A DNA stretch of 64,000 nucleotides from a virus: positions 122,055-186,054 of the IMG/VR virus record IMGVR_UViG_3300024348_000001. The stretch is one strand, 5' to 3'. Position 1 is the stretch's first letter. Each line of letters begins with the position of its first letter. A program made the translations under genes and the position numbers. Below the pieces are notes generated by a model. It was not told the DNA's origin. It saw only the letters and a program-made list of their open reading frames with translations, and ran no database searches. Below, in pieces: positions 29,294 through 39,642 of the stretch.

Positions 29294-32200
29294 TTATTCG
29301 CCAGTAGCTGCGTCAATGCTTGGATCAGGACGACCTACGCCGCTATCAAACATCACGCCACTTTGAACCGTCTTTTCCTTAAGGAAGAGTACCAGATCAC
29401 CCAGCACTTCAAACGCATTACGCAACGTATCTTCCAGTTCAGGCAAATCTTGTTTGCCGTACCTGTCCTCAAATTCTTCTTGATGCCAATAGAATAGGAA
29501 CAAGATACGACCTAGCTTGTCAAGAGCTTTCATTAAGTCGCCCAAGTACTTATCAACAAGACTGTCTTGGCGCACGGTCTTCAACATGCCACTAATCATG
29601 GCTGTGTCAAACACTTCTTTTTGCCCGGCTTGCGACGCCTGCTGTCCGACAAACATGGCTTTGGTATCAGGCATGTAGAACGGATCGTAAATCTTTGGAT
29701 CCGTCAGATTACTGTCCATGCCGGGAACCAAAGATGTGTACTCTTCAGGATACCGGGCTGGATACATGCCACGACCCACAGGTTCCTGTCCGTAGAAAGG
29801 CTCAGGGAAACCGGGAGTGTTAGGTCCGCCTGCAAGCACACTGTTGTTAAATGGCGCGGCATGCTTGACGAAATAACTTGTGGCAGAATTGTGCTTAGCA
29901 ACAGCGGATGCTTCCTTGAGCATTACGCGCGCCTGCTTCTCGGCCAAACCATGATCAGCTACGAGGTGAATCACTGCGGCCATTTTCTTAAGACGATGAT
30001 TTCCGTGCGTGGCTGATTGAATGTAGAAATCAGTACCGGTGTCTTGAATCTTAAGTGATGCCATTTTCTCGTACAGCATCAATTGGATATTTACCAAGTT
30101 ACCCAGTTCGATGGGTGAAGGATCAGACCGTGAGCCTGACTGGAAAGGCTTAGATTCGCAGCAAGGCATGAACGTAAAAGGACTATCGTCTTTGCGGCTA
30201 GTATCGTTCTTCTCTCTGACCTTAATCACCTTGTAGTCAGAGGGAATGAACATTTCCCCTGCCACCGTGCGAAGGTTAGTCCCGGGACGATTATTGATTG
30301 TGATCTTAGCGTCCCACGATTTGTAACCGTTCAAATTGTCATTCTGAGGGTGCATGCAAGTACGCGCTGCCAGATTACCGGGACGTGACAAATCAGCGTG
30401 ATCTAACCAACTGACACGATAAGCACCGTTACTCAATACTTCGGTAACTTCAAACGGGCATGTACCCGAGCCAATCTCGTGGATAGCTACATAAGTGTTG
30501 CCTACTTTGCAATCACTGATGTCGCTAAGACCGTTGACCCATTCCCTAAACACCGAGGGCAGTGGACAGTCACACGACTTTACAAACACATTGGTGCGGT
30601 GAGTGTGCAACCACGACCTTGGATCGTCTTTGCGAACAACCAATACAGTGTTTTCACGGCCACGACCTGACGCGGGATTGCTCAGTACAACCATCTCTGT
30701 AAAAGTGCCGGGCTTTTCCAATACCTCGTACACGCCACTCTCATTAGGATTCATCAGTTCCATTTTGACTTGCGTGTTGAACGCCATACTCACGTCTTGG
30801 GAATCACGCTTGTCAGTGATCAGAACGCCATCATCCAAAAGCTTCTTGCGATCATCATCTGTAGAGTTCAGCCTCTTGTTGTCGCCGTCCGTAATGGTCA
30901 CGTCGTTATCAGCTTCGGCTGATCGTTTCATCATGTCAGCAATCTTGTCCTGAATTTCATCAGGCAAAATATTCTTAAGTATGTCACCGTCAAAATCATC
31001 AGCGTCTCCCGACATCTGAATGTTTTGCATGGTGATCTTCAAAGCACCCGTTTTAATAGGATGCGTTTCACGCGCAGCAGGCAAAATGTCAAAAGACTTT
31101 TTTTCTTCCTTTTGTTTGCTGCCTGTCTTGCGACATGAATCATCAGAATATGGTTTCTTGCCGGGAACAGGTTCATATCCTTCCCAACAACGCGATTCTT
31201 TAGTCGAATCTGTAACGTCGTACGCCGTTTTAGGTTTCATCTGCGCCGACACAGGTGTTGTTGGAACCTTGTTCGCTGACGGTAATAATCCAGCAGGTTT
31301 ATTACCCGCAGCTAGTTGCGGCGCATTAGGCGTTGACCGTCCTGTGTTTTGCGCAAACATGGCTCCTGTTTGTGCCCGAGGGGTGCCCGTGCCCGTCAAC
31401 GACATAGAATTAAGATTAGAGTTTGGCTGACTCGCAACGTTTTGTCCCGACTGCGGTGTAAGCGATTGCCCGTTAAAATTCATCATTGATAACGGGAACG
31501 ATCCACCGGACGCACCCGTGTTCATCATCGGCTTATTCATGTCCACAGCGGTAGGCATATTCATCTGCCCACGCGTACGGAAACTAGAAGGATCGGCACT
31601 GGTTTTGACAATGCTCTTTGCGTCTTCCAACGCTACGCTCGCCATGTCAGCCCAGAAATTGGGTCCGTAAAACTTATCAAACCCTTCTTTGATCAAAGGA
31701 TAGGCCTGATACATTTTTTCGTACGCGGCTTTTAACAACGGAAAAGAACGCAACACGTTACGCATATCCAGATTTTCAGCCACCTTGGTATGCCGAGCAA
31801 ACAATATGTCATTACGATCGGCAACAACTGCGGCTAAGAACGGCAAGAATGGTTGTGCCCATTCCGAACAATTAAAACCAAGATCGGAACTAAACTTGGT
31901 AGCTACAGGAGGATTTGCCAAACGATTAAGGTTAGGCAGTAATCCACCTAGCTGGAATGTATTCTTGGCAGACGCTTCACCTAATACGTGAGGCTTGCGA
32001 CTAATGACGTGATTGACCCAGTTCTCTTTCATGGGAACAAACATATCTTGTTTCTTAAGATAAAGAAGTTCGTGTCCCTTGAGATCCCCGTTCAAAAAGA
32101 ATACGGGGGCGTAAAGCCATTGTTCGCCTACTTTAAAGCCAAAGATGCCTACGGCTTTAGTGTTGTCGTCGTTACGTTCGACCAACTGAAAGCCGATGAT

Positions 32201-32407
32201 AAAATCTAGAAGACGTGGAGCTTTGTCCTTTAAATAAGCGTAAGCAAGCGACGAAAATGCCTGCTCAAAACCTTCGGACTGCTCTCCACCAATCGTGGCT
32301 TGTTTCATCCAATGCTTTAAATGCTTATAGTCTGCTTTTTTATCTCGCCAGTACGTACCAACAACTGTAGCGACTTTCTCAAAGGAAAAAGAGAGTGTGC
32401 GTGACAT
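29294..32407 (-). CDS. Large putative head/inner-core protein
   Basis: 1037 aa; ordered-looking N- and C-terminal domains separated by low-complexity segments with K-x-A/S motifs. Confidence 0.5.
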   Translation of the reverse strand: MSRTLSFSFEKVATVVGTYWRDKKADYKHLKHWMKQATIGGEQSEGFEQAFSSLAYAYLKDKAPRLLDFIIGFQLVERNDDNTKAVGIFGFKVGEQWLYAPVFFLNGDLKGHELLYLKKQDMFVPMKENWVNHVISRKPHVLGEASAKNTFQLGGLLPNLNRLANPPVATKFSSDLGFNCSEWAQPFLPFLAAVVADRNDILFARHTKVAENLDMRNVLRSFPLLKAAYEKMYQAYPLIKEGFDKFYGPNFWADMASVALEDAKSIVKTSADPSSFRTRGQMNMPTAVDMNKPMMNTGASGGSFPLSMMNFNGQSLTPQSGQNVASQPNSNLNSMSLTGTGTPRAQTGAMFAQNTGRSTPNAPQLAAGNKPAGLLPSANKVPTTPVSAQMKPKTAYDVTDSTKESRCWEGYEPVPGKKPYSDDSCRKTGSKQKEEKKSFDILPAARETHPIKTGALKITMQNIQMSGDADDFDGDILKNILPDEIQDKIADMMKRSAEADNDVTITDGDNKRLNSTDDDRKKLLDDGVLITDKRDSQDVSMAFNTQVKMELMNPNESGVYEVLEKPGTFTEMVVLSNPASGRGRENTVLVVRKDDPRSWLHTHRTNVFVKSCDCPLPSVFREWVNGLSDISDCKVGNTYVAIHEIGSGTCPFEVTEVLSNGAYRVSWLDHADLSRPGNLAARTCMHPQNDNLNGYKSWDAKITINNRPGTNLRTVAGEMFIPSDYKVIKVREKNDTSRKDDSPFTFMPCCESKPFQSGSRSDPSPIELGNLVNIQLMLYEKMASLKIQDTGTDFYIQSATHGNHRLKKMAAVIHLVADHGLAEKQARVMLKEASAVAKHNSATSYFVKHAAPFNNSVLAGGPNTPGFPEPFYGQEPVGRGMYPARYPEEYTSLVPGMDSNLTDPKIYDPFYMPDTKAMFVGQQASQAGQKEVFDTAMISGMLKTVRQDSLVDKYLGDLMKALDKLGRILFLFYWHQEEFEDRYGKQDLPELEDTLRNAFEVLGDLVLFLKEKTVQSGVMFDSGVGRPDPSIDAATGE

Positions 32408-32489
32408 GCGTGTGTTCCTTAGGTAAGTACATTATTCAAAATTATAACGTAGGAGCGAGGCAAACCAAGACAAATGTCAAACGTTGCGT

Positions 32490-34034
32490 TTATTGCCCCG
32501 CAAGGTCTAAACCTGCGGCTGTCAGTGCGCGAATAATGTCAGGGCTGTTTTTAAGTCGCAACATTAACGGTGACGTCGGGCTAATGTCTAATTTATCGGC
32601 TGCTATCAATTTACTTAATTCTTTTTTAAGTTGCTGCGGATCTTCTAATACAAATTGATTAAGAGTAGCATCTGTTTCAGGTATCACTTTGGCGGCAATC
32701 ATTGCTTTGTAAAGCCTATACCGGTCTGTTTGATCGTTTAGATTTGCTGGAGGTAAGAGGTTGGGTTCTGTTTTCTTTAAATCCGCAGGACGCAATTGCG
32801 ATTCAAGCTCTTTTTTAAGGTATTGCGCTCGTATCGTATCAAGTTGTTGCTCGCTAGCTCCCTGTGCCTGTGCCCGCGCATATTCAGGCGTTCGCTGTAC
32901 CTCGGCATCTGAATAAGCAGCATTTAGCGCTTCTTGTTGCTTAGGATGTAATTGCATAAAGTGGTCGGGGTTTTTATCTATTAATAATTGTGCATGCGCT
33001 TGTATTTTTGCAGGATCATTATTCAACAATACGCCTTGGGTAATTTTTCGTAGCGTCATTTGATTTTGAGCCGCAGGCGTACTCTGATTCGTAATTGTAG
33101 GATCTTCTCGCATAAAATAATCTTGCCATGTTCTTGTTACTTTTGGCGGCGCGTATCCCTTTACGCCATCAGGTAAAAATGCTGGATCCGTTTTAGTAAT
33201 CGGCGCAGTACCGTGCGTTTGCGCTTCTAATGTTTGTCGAATCTTTTCTTTTTGGATTGCATCGGGTGTCAAATTTCTAACAGCCGCTGTATTAGCTAAG
33301 TGCCCTATAGGAGAACTTGCCAAATCAAGCGAAGACCAAAATTGTTTGCGCAACTGATTTGGAACTTCACCAAGCGCTTGCAACATTGTCATTTTTCCGC
33401 CCGGATACCGTTTATTGAACTCTGGATCCATTTGCGGAAATACACCACGTAATGCTGGAATTGTTCTATTCTCGTAATCATGTTGCATTTGTTGTGTTGT
33501 ACGCGGGACCGCCGTTTCCGTTGCCGCATCAATTACCATTCCAGTCACCGGGTGCTTAAAAGGAAATGCCAGTACATTACCCGCAAATCCTACTCCTTTG
33601 CCTATAAGATTTTTACTTAAACGATCAGGCAATCGTATGCCGGGTAACATATCGGGTTCAATAGTTCCGCCCATTAATGCCCCTGCTACGCCGACACCGT
33701 GCGCAAGTCTACCGGCGTCGCGCTGCAATGATGATGCTGGAGATAAAGGCGCCTGAAAAGTTGACTCACTTTTTGGCGTACGCGTTTGATCTGCGAACGT
33801 GCGTATATGTTCAGCGTATGCCGGTGATCCTATTTGCGCTTCAGCTCCGTTGTATAACTTACGGTCTGCTTGAGACATTCCCACAGGTGTAGGCGTTGGT
33901 TTAGGTGCTTTTGGTGCAGGGGGAACGTACGGCAAGCTTGGTCCCGAAATATACGGCGGAATCTTATTAGACGTAGGATCAGCGGCCATCTTTACCCTAG
34001 CCGCTAACTTTCCAAGCTCTGATGCCGTAATCAT
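32490..34034 (-). CDS. Leader-tagged cargo protein 1
   Basis: Begins MITASELGKLAARVKMA; Pro-rich body of unknown family. Confidence 0.7.
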   Translation of the reverse strand: MITASELGKLAARVKMAADPTSNKIPPYISGPSLPYVPPAPKAPKPTPTPVGMSQADRKLYNGAEAQIGSPAYAEHIRTFADQTRTPKSESTFQAPLSPASSLQRDAGRLAHGVGVAGALMGGTIEPDMLPGIRLPDRLSKNLIGKGVGFAGNVLAFPFKHPVTGMVIDAATETAVPRTTQQMQHDYENRTIPALRGVFPQMDPEFNKRYPGGKMTMLQALGEVPNQLRKQFWSSLDLASSPIGHLANTAAVRNLTPDAIQKEKIRQTLEAQTHGTAPITKTDPAFLPDGVKGYAPPKVTRTWQDYFMREDPTITNQSTPAAQNQMTLRKITQGVLLNNDPAKIQAHAQLLIDKNPDHFMQLHPKQQEALNAAYSDAEVQRTPEYARAQAQGASEQQLDTIRAQYLKKELESQLRPADLKKTEPNLLPPANLNDQTDRYRLYKAMIAAKVIPETDATLNQFVLEDPQQLKKELSKLIAADKLDISPTSPLMLRLKNSPDIIRALTAAGLDLAGQ

Positions 34035-34056
34035 GGGTGATTCCTTAAATGCTTAT
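33971..34056 (-). repeat. RBS+leader DNA cassette, copy A
   Basis: 84/86 identical to 42753..42838. Confidence 0.95.
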
Positions 34057-34077
34057 ATTGTTTAAAACTTATTTTAT

Positions 34078-35517
34078 TTATGGAATGGCTTTTCCGTCCG
34101 CATCGTATTTGTTTTGACGCGGGGGTGAAGACGTTGTTGGTTTGTTAATATTGCCCGATGGAATGGCTTTTCCGTCCGCATCGTATTTCCTTTGAGACGG
34201 AGGTGAAGACGTTGTTCGTTTTCCAACAACGCCGGAATACGCCGGCGCCGACCTTTTAGTTTCTTCTCCCCACGCTCCGGGCGGAAGTAAATTATTTAAC
34301 ATGTTTAATGGCGCACTTACGGGTGTTCCCGCTGTTGCCAAAGCAGTTCCTAAAAGAGCAACTCGAGGATTTTGCATAATTCCGTTATAAGCATCTGCTA
34401 GAGCATCTTGCTGCTCAAATTTGCCGTGTTGCACATCTATCATTTTTTGTATTTGCGCGCGGTATTTGGGGTCATTCATGACAGCACTCATTTGAGTAGA
34501 TCCGCCAAGATGTCCACGTCGCCGCAAATCTTCAACAAACGCAGAATACGGCATTCCCATTATTTCGCCCTTTGGCCATTGTCCTGTCGCCTTGTGATAA
34601 GCATCCGCCACGTGAGCACTTTCACTTAATACAGCTGGTAATTCAGCTCCAAATATTGTGCGCGGAACTTCGTCTCGCCGCATTCGTGTTGGCACACTTT
34701 GCGTCGTATGCACGTGTTCGTGCAATCGAGCAGAGTCAGGACCAACCGAAGGATAATTTTTATTTAAAAGTTTAATGGCCGAATTATCTGGCGGATTTTG
34801 CCACGCTGAATCTGGCGGCATGTTCATAATTTGTGCGCTTTCTACGTTGGCGCCGATGGGACCCATTCTAACACCGGGATCCGTAAAATATTCATCGTAA
34901 TAAAACGGTCTTGATGTGCGTTGTTTAAACGCTATGTCTTTCATGTTTTTTAATGTTTTTTCAAATTCTTGTTTTTGCGGTGCTTTTGACGGATCACGGT
35001 ACAGTGCGTTAGCCGCAGAATACGTTTCGTGTCGTTCATCCCCGGGATGGAAACTAAATGCTTGTTGCGGTAAATATTCCGATAGCGGCCCTAACAACGA
35101 AGGCGGCACATTAAACCCAAACGGACGATGATTACTATAATGTTTTGCTAGCAATGTTTGATATGTGCGCATGTCCATCTTAGGACCATCATTTCCTGTC
35201 AAATCTTTGCCTGCGTACGGAAAATCTTTCTGGGGCACAAATTTAGCCGCACTACCGCGAAGCGTAGGATCTCCGTAAGCTTTATTTTCGCTAGGATTAA
35301 ATAAACTTCCAAATATTGGGGCATTTGTGTCAACAGGCTCTCCTATCGGTTTAATGCGTCCTGTCCTTGAACTGGTAGGAAATTTAGGTAAAAGCTCAGA
35401 TTCAAAATCACTAGAAAATTCCGGTATTGGCTTTGGTGTAGCTGCGCCAATAGACGCACTTGCTCCAGCCATCTTTACCCTAGCTGCTAACCGTCCAAGC
35501 TCGGATGCCGTAAGCAT
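34078..35517 (-). CDS. Leader-tagged cargo protein 2, possible zincin metallopeptidase
   Basis: Begins MLTASELGRLAARVKMA; LHEHVH (HExxH) followed by ELPAVLSE; C-terminal 26-aa duplication (TTSSPP...KYDADGKAIP). Confidence 0.65.
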   Translation of the reverse strand: MLTASELGRLAARVKMAGASASIGAATPKPIPEFSSDFESELLPKFPTSSRTGRIKPIGEPVDTNAPIFGSLFNPSENKAYGDPTLRGSAAKFVPQKDFPYAGKDLTGNDGPKMDMRTYQTLLAKHYSNHRPFGFNVPPSLLGPLSEYLPQQAFSFHPGDERHETYSAANALYRDPSKAPQKQEFEKTLKNMKDIAFKQRTSRPFYYDEYFTDPGVRMGPIGANVESAQIMNMPPDSAWQNPPDNSAIKLLNKNYPSVGPDSARLHEHVHTTQSVPTRMRRDEVPRTIFGAELPAVLSESAHVADAYHKATGQWPKGEIMGMPYSAFVEDLRRRGHLGGSTQMSAVMNDPKYRAQIQKMIDVQHGKFEQQDALADAYNGIMQNPRVALLGTALATAGTPVSAPLNMLNNLLPPGAWGEETKRSAPAYSGVVGKRTTSSPPSQRKYDADGKAIPSGNINKPTTSSPPRQNKYDADGKAIP

Positions 35518-35519
35518 AA

Positions 35520-38500
35520 TTACTCTACCTCCTCATCGAGTAACCCCAGATCGGGACTGTACTGGGTTGTCTGCTGCCTTAAAATTTTGTTCGTTTCCAG
35601 TAATTCTTTCAAACGCGCTGCTCGTAATTCTTCTTCTGTAGGTAACGCCGTCTGTGCTACAGAAATTGGTAATTCAGCAGGCTCTGGCGGTTCATAACGG
35701 CGTGCCGCAGCATTCTCAATGTCACGAATTGTTGTTACAGGCGTTGCCTCTCTGATCAAAGAAGCAATATCTGCGGCACGCTTATTACGAGCTCTGGCAA
35801 TACCGTCGGCAATACTATAAACGCTTTTCTTTTCTACCTTTTCAAGTTTGGTGTAGTACTTAAGATCTTCCACCAAATGATCTTTGGAAATGTCCGCAGC
35901 AATGGCAGGATTAGTGGTGTGCTCGGATTCCGTCTTAACACCCTTAGCCATTTCCTTCTTGGGAAAATCAGAGACGTTGTACTTGTCCCCAATGCCCCCC
36001 GGAAGAATGTCATCGGCGTGTTTGTACTGGTTTTTAAAATTGTCTAACAACGAATCAAGATTGTCTGCGCGCGTATTGTGTGTAAGCGTACCGGGCATGT
36101 TTCCAAATCTGCTCATATCTGACTTGTTGGAGTCATACAATTTCCGACCTAACTCAGAACGATATGCTTCAACTTCAGGCGTCCACGGGTTTCCTTTGGC
36201 TTCTACTCTCTGCTTAGTTCTATCTAGTCTTTGTTGCAAAAGCTCTGTTAATGGTGTCGTGACCAAAACACGATGCGGGTATTGCGCTAATTGTTGTTTA
36301 CGCAACGCAGCTAATTGCGTGCCTTCCACAATGGCACCGTCTTTTGCCGAATTAATCGTGTCGAGTGCCATACGTCGAGCTGCATCAAGATAACGCCTAC
36401 GTTCAATCGATCCGGGCGTCATGTGTTTGTTTTCAGGGTCATTCTTAAATATCTGTTTGAGTGCAGGATGATCATCAATACTCGTGACAGGTAAACCCAA
36501 AGCATCACTAAGTTGTTTTGCCACCGTGGATTTGCCTGCGCCACTATGTCCGCTAATTAAAATAACTTTGGATGGATCAGTTTCTGCGCATTTAACAAAA
36601 TACAGGTCGTCACTAGCGTGTTTATCCGTACCAGTACTATTACTTAAAAATCCTCTGTCTGTTCCAAGCATGCTTAAAAGTTTTTGTTTGTGCTCCGGAG
36701 CCATGTCTTTCATGGCTTCATCTTCATCCCTAACACGATATTCTGGGGCCATCGCAGAATACATGGGACGTGTGCCTAAAAGTTGTTCTGCTGCACGACT
36801 GGGGACTGTGCCTGTTAAACCCTTATCTGTAACTGCAAGCCTAAACCGATCAGCCATGTTTTGTTTAAACGTAGCATCGTCGTGCATCGCTGAATCGGAC
36901 GGATCGTACATATTGGACATGCGGTACGCCAAGTGATGTATGGCGTTTAACCTAGCAGCATCTGCGTTCGACAAATTAACTGATGTCATTTGCTGGGGTA
37001 CGGCCAAAGGCGCAAACGTTACAGGTTTGCCTGTTTTTGCTTGGATCCGCGTGGCTAGTTCATCAAAAACATTTTTACGTTGGGCTTCATCGCCGTTAAA
37101 CGCTAATTCGACATTACCTGTTTCTTCGTTGTTGACGCCTAAACCCGATATGCCTTTTTCGTCTAACAAAGCGTGGTACAGCTTTCGCAGACCTACACCC
37201 TGAACACTGTCGCCATTTGCTGTGTACACTTCCGCAAACTTAATGTGTTGCTGAGGCAGAATGTCGTCATTGGCAACTTTGTTGTTAGATTTGTCACCAT
37301 GCCGTTTCAACACAATCCCTGATGTCTGCAACGCGTCCCAAAGGTTTTTAATTTCCTCGACGTTTATAGGCTTCACGGCTTTGCGTGCAATTCTCTCAGT
37401 AGGCATTAACCGAGGATCTTCAGCAAAGTCTGTGGAAGGTAAATGATGTAAGAACCCGCTTTTGCCTTTATAAATCTTTTCAAAGGCACCGGGGTATCGT
37501 TCTTCTAAAACATAAGGTTCGTTGTTAGTACTCCCCAAGGACAAATCAGCATCTGTCCACGGAGCCATAAAACTCAAAGCTAACTCACGATTAGGTGTTC
37601 CAAAAACCGCAGCTTCGTTGTTAATCACACGGCTAGGGCGTGGTTCAATGTTTTTTAATCTTAAAGAAGACCCGTGGTACAACGCGTCACTAGATAACTT
37701 CTCAGTGTCGGTGCTAGGAGTCATAGGCGTGGCTACGGGCGTATTCAAATCAGGCTTTACGCCAGTCTTAGGTTGCTGGATCAAACCAACTCTACCAAAG
37801 TCAACAGTTCTTGCTAATCCGGGTACGAAGCTTGTGCCTGTAGCCGAACTCGTGGAACCTCTGTGTGTAGCATCCAACAAACTACTCTTAAGCCCCGAAC
37901 CATACATCCTCGTCATCCAGTCGGGGTCATGATGCAAATTGTACATCGCCCTAACCATCTCTGGCTGAAACGGCGCAGGCTTGTCGTGAACCGTAACGTC
38001 CTTAACACCAAAGTACGTCATGTCCTTGAGCATGCTTGGCTTTACCTGCGTGCCAATAGAATAATGCAACACAGGTTTCTCTAAATACTTATTCAAAGCT
38101 CTACTGGGTTCTAATGTCTGAAAACCTTCACGGGGTTTGTATCCATGCTCCAACGTTGAATAAGGAATCACGTCATCGGGTACGTGATCTCCGTATTCCT
38201 CTGTCATTCTCACGTGATCTATCAAACCACGACCAATAAGCTCAATGTTCCTTCTGTGGGAACGAAGCCCCATAGATCCCATAGATTCCTTAAAAGCCTT
38301 AACAAAATACTTGCGGCCTTCGCCTATGCCCTTATGTTGCGTAATGATGGAAGGATTGGGCATGCCTTCGCTAATAACATCTCCGGCTTCAACCTCATCT
38401 CCCGGTTTAACGTTAATCTCAAAACCATGACCTACGTACTGGGGTTTGTCATTAATAAATACGTACTTACCGCCAGCAGGAGCGTCTTCTATTTTCTGAA

Positions 38501-39629
38501 CTTTACCGTCTACAAGCGTGTGTGCAGCTCCACCTTTAAATGTCTTGGGTACTTGAATCAATTGGTTGATGTATTGGAAACCACCTACCGTCTTTTCTTG
38601 TCCCGCAACACCACCCGAGTGCTTTGATCCTAATTGTCCTTGGCTGATAGGTTCTGCAATAGCTTGGGCTGCTGTCATGCCCACCATCTCTCCACGCCCC
38701 GGAAGCGTACCTCTTTCCCTAACACCTACGTCACGAGCATAAACACCGCCATCAGGACTGCCACCCGTCATTGGACTGCGCACCAAGATACGATCGAACT
38801 TACGTGCCTTAAGGTCTTTCAGAATCTTAGGCGTTAATACCGTGTTGCGCTTGTAACCACCAAAGTCAAACGCTAACAATGCGCCTTCATTGTCCATGTC
38901 GTCGGTGTCTACGGGTAATCCTCTAATGCCTAAATCTTGACGTGGATCATCTTGATCAACAACGGCAAGCCTGTGTGCTACTTGATTAAGTTGTTTGCCG
39001 AAGAAGCCTGCATCCGCCGTAGCAAACTTAGTTGCAATAACACCCTTACGCGCGCCATATGTACCAGCCCAATACTCGGCAGGAGTTAACCCTTGAGAAT
39101 AGCTTTTAAGTACAGGCACAGGAATGATGTCACCCCTATGATCTTCGTACAACAAGTCGGCACCGCGTAATGATGCCAAATTCATCTTGTTGCCACGAGA
39201 GCCCGACATGATCTGCATAGCGATTGGGTTTTTTTCAGCCAAACTATCTGTGTACACGTCATCCATTAGTTTTTGCTGATATCCGCCAACAGTTTTAATC
39301 ACAAGTTCGTTACGTTGCTTGTCAGTCAGATAAGGGTTAGCCAGCAACTTTTTAACTTTGCCTCTGATTTCGGCCAGAGTTGCTTTAGCTCCGGCTGTTT
39401 GCGTCAATGCGCCTAAACCAAAGCTAAAGCCACCTGTTTCCGTTGCAACCTGTCGTCCGATGTTAGCCAGTTTCTGACTTACCTCTACGTATTTGTCAGG
39501 ATGCTTATCGGCTAATTCTCTTAGCAGTGTCTGCAACGAAGACTTGTTAAAAACCGTATTGCGCCCACGCATGCTTTCAGGCAATGCATCTTCAATCATC
39601 AATTTGCCGACGGTGCTGCGCGTGATCAC
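35520..39629 (-). CDS. RNA polymerase beta' C-terminal subunit fused to ART-like, acylphosphatase-like, P-loop kinase and DUF5661-like domains
   Basis: Bridge helix GARKGVIATKFATADAGFFGKQL and trigger loop AAQAIAEPISQGQLGSKHSGG. After the core come YHGSS, VQGVGLR, GHSGAGKS and ESEHT...DHLVEDLKYYTKL. Confidence 0.85.
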   Translation of the reverse strand: MITRSTVGKLMIEDALPESMRGRNTVFNKSSLQTLLRELADKHPDKYVEVSQKLANIGRQVATETGGFSFGLGALTQTAGAKATLAEIRGKVKKLLANPYLTDKQRNELVIKTVGGYQQKLMDDVYTDSLAEKNPIAMQIMSGSRGNKMNLASLRGADLLYEDHRGDIIPVPVLKSYSQGLTPAEYWAGTYGARKGVIATKFATADAGFFGKQLNQVAHRLAVVDQDDPRQDLGIRGLPVDTDDMDNEGALLAFDFGGYKRNTVLTPKILKDLKARKFDRILVRSPMTGGSPDGGVYARDVGVRERGTLPGRGEMVGMTAAQAIAEPISQGQLGSKHSGGVAGQEKTVGGFQYINQLIQVPKTFKGGAAHTLVDGKVQKIEDAPAGGKYVFINDKPQYVGHGFEINVKPGDEVEAGDVISEGMPNPSIITQHKGIGEGRKYFVKAFKESMGSMGLRSHRRNIELIGRGLIDHVRMTEEYGDHVPDDVIPYSTLEHGYKPREGFQTLEPSRALNKYLEKPVLHYSIGTQVKPSMLKDMTYFGVKDVTVHDKPAPFQPEMVRAMYNLHHDPDWMTRMYGSGLKSSLLDATHRGSTSSATGTSFVPGLARTVDFGRVGLIQQPKTGVKPDLNTPVATPMTPSTDTEKLSSDALYHGSSLRLKNIEPRPSRVINNEAAVFGTPNRELALSFMAPWTDADLSLGSTNNEPYVLEERYPGAFEKIYKGKSGFLHHLPSTDFAEDPRLMPTERIARKAVKPINVEEIKNLWDALQTSGIVLKRHGDKSNNKVANDDILPQQHIKFAEVYTANGDSVQGVGLRKLYHALLDEKGISGLGVNNEETGNVELAFNGDEAQRKNVFDELATRIQAKTGKPVTFAPLAVPQQMTSVNLSNADAARLNAIHHLAYRMSNMYDPSDSAMHDDATFKQNMADRFRLAVTDKGLTGTVPSRAAEQLLGTRPMYSAMAPEYRVRDEDEAMKDMAPEHKQKLLSMLGTDRGFLSNSTGTDKHASDDLYFVKCAETDPSKVILISGHSGAGKSTVAKQLSDALGLPVTSIDDHPALKQIFKNDPENKHMTPGSIERRRYLDAARRMALDTINSAKDGAIVEGTQLAALRKQQLAQYPHRVLVTTPLTELLQQRLDRTKQRVEAKGNPWTPEVEAYRSELGRKLYDSNKSDMSRFGNMPGTLTHNTRADNLDSLLDNFKNQYKHADDILPGGIGDKYNVSDFPKKEMAKGVKTESEHTTNPAIAADISKDHLVEDLKYYTKLEKVEKKSVYSIADGIARARNKRAADIASLIREATPVTTIRDIENAAARRYEPPEPAELPISVAQTALPTEEELRAARLKELLETNKILRQQTTQYSPDLGLLDEEVE

Positions 39630-39642
39630 AGGGAACTCCCGG

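Noticed and set aside
32430-32482. TTGACA and TATAAT hexamers upstream of the 1037-aa gene
   Set aside because: The 28-nt spacing is incompatible with a sigma70 promoter.
39600-39629. RNAP subunit start MITRSTVGKL resembles the cargo leader MITASELGKL
   Set aside because: It matches the conserved beta' TTVGR element, lacks the TAx[ED]LG core and has no following K-x-A. Probably coincidence, so it is not counted as a leader.
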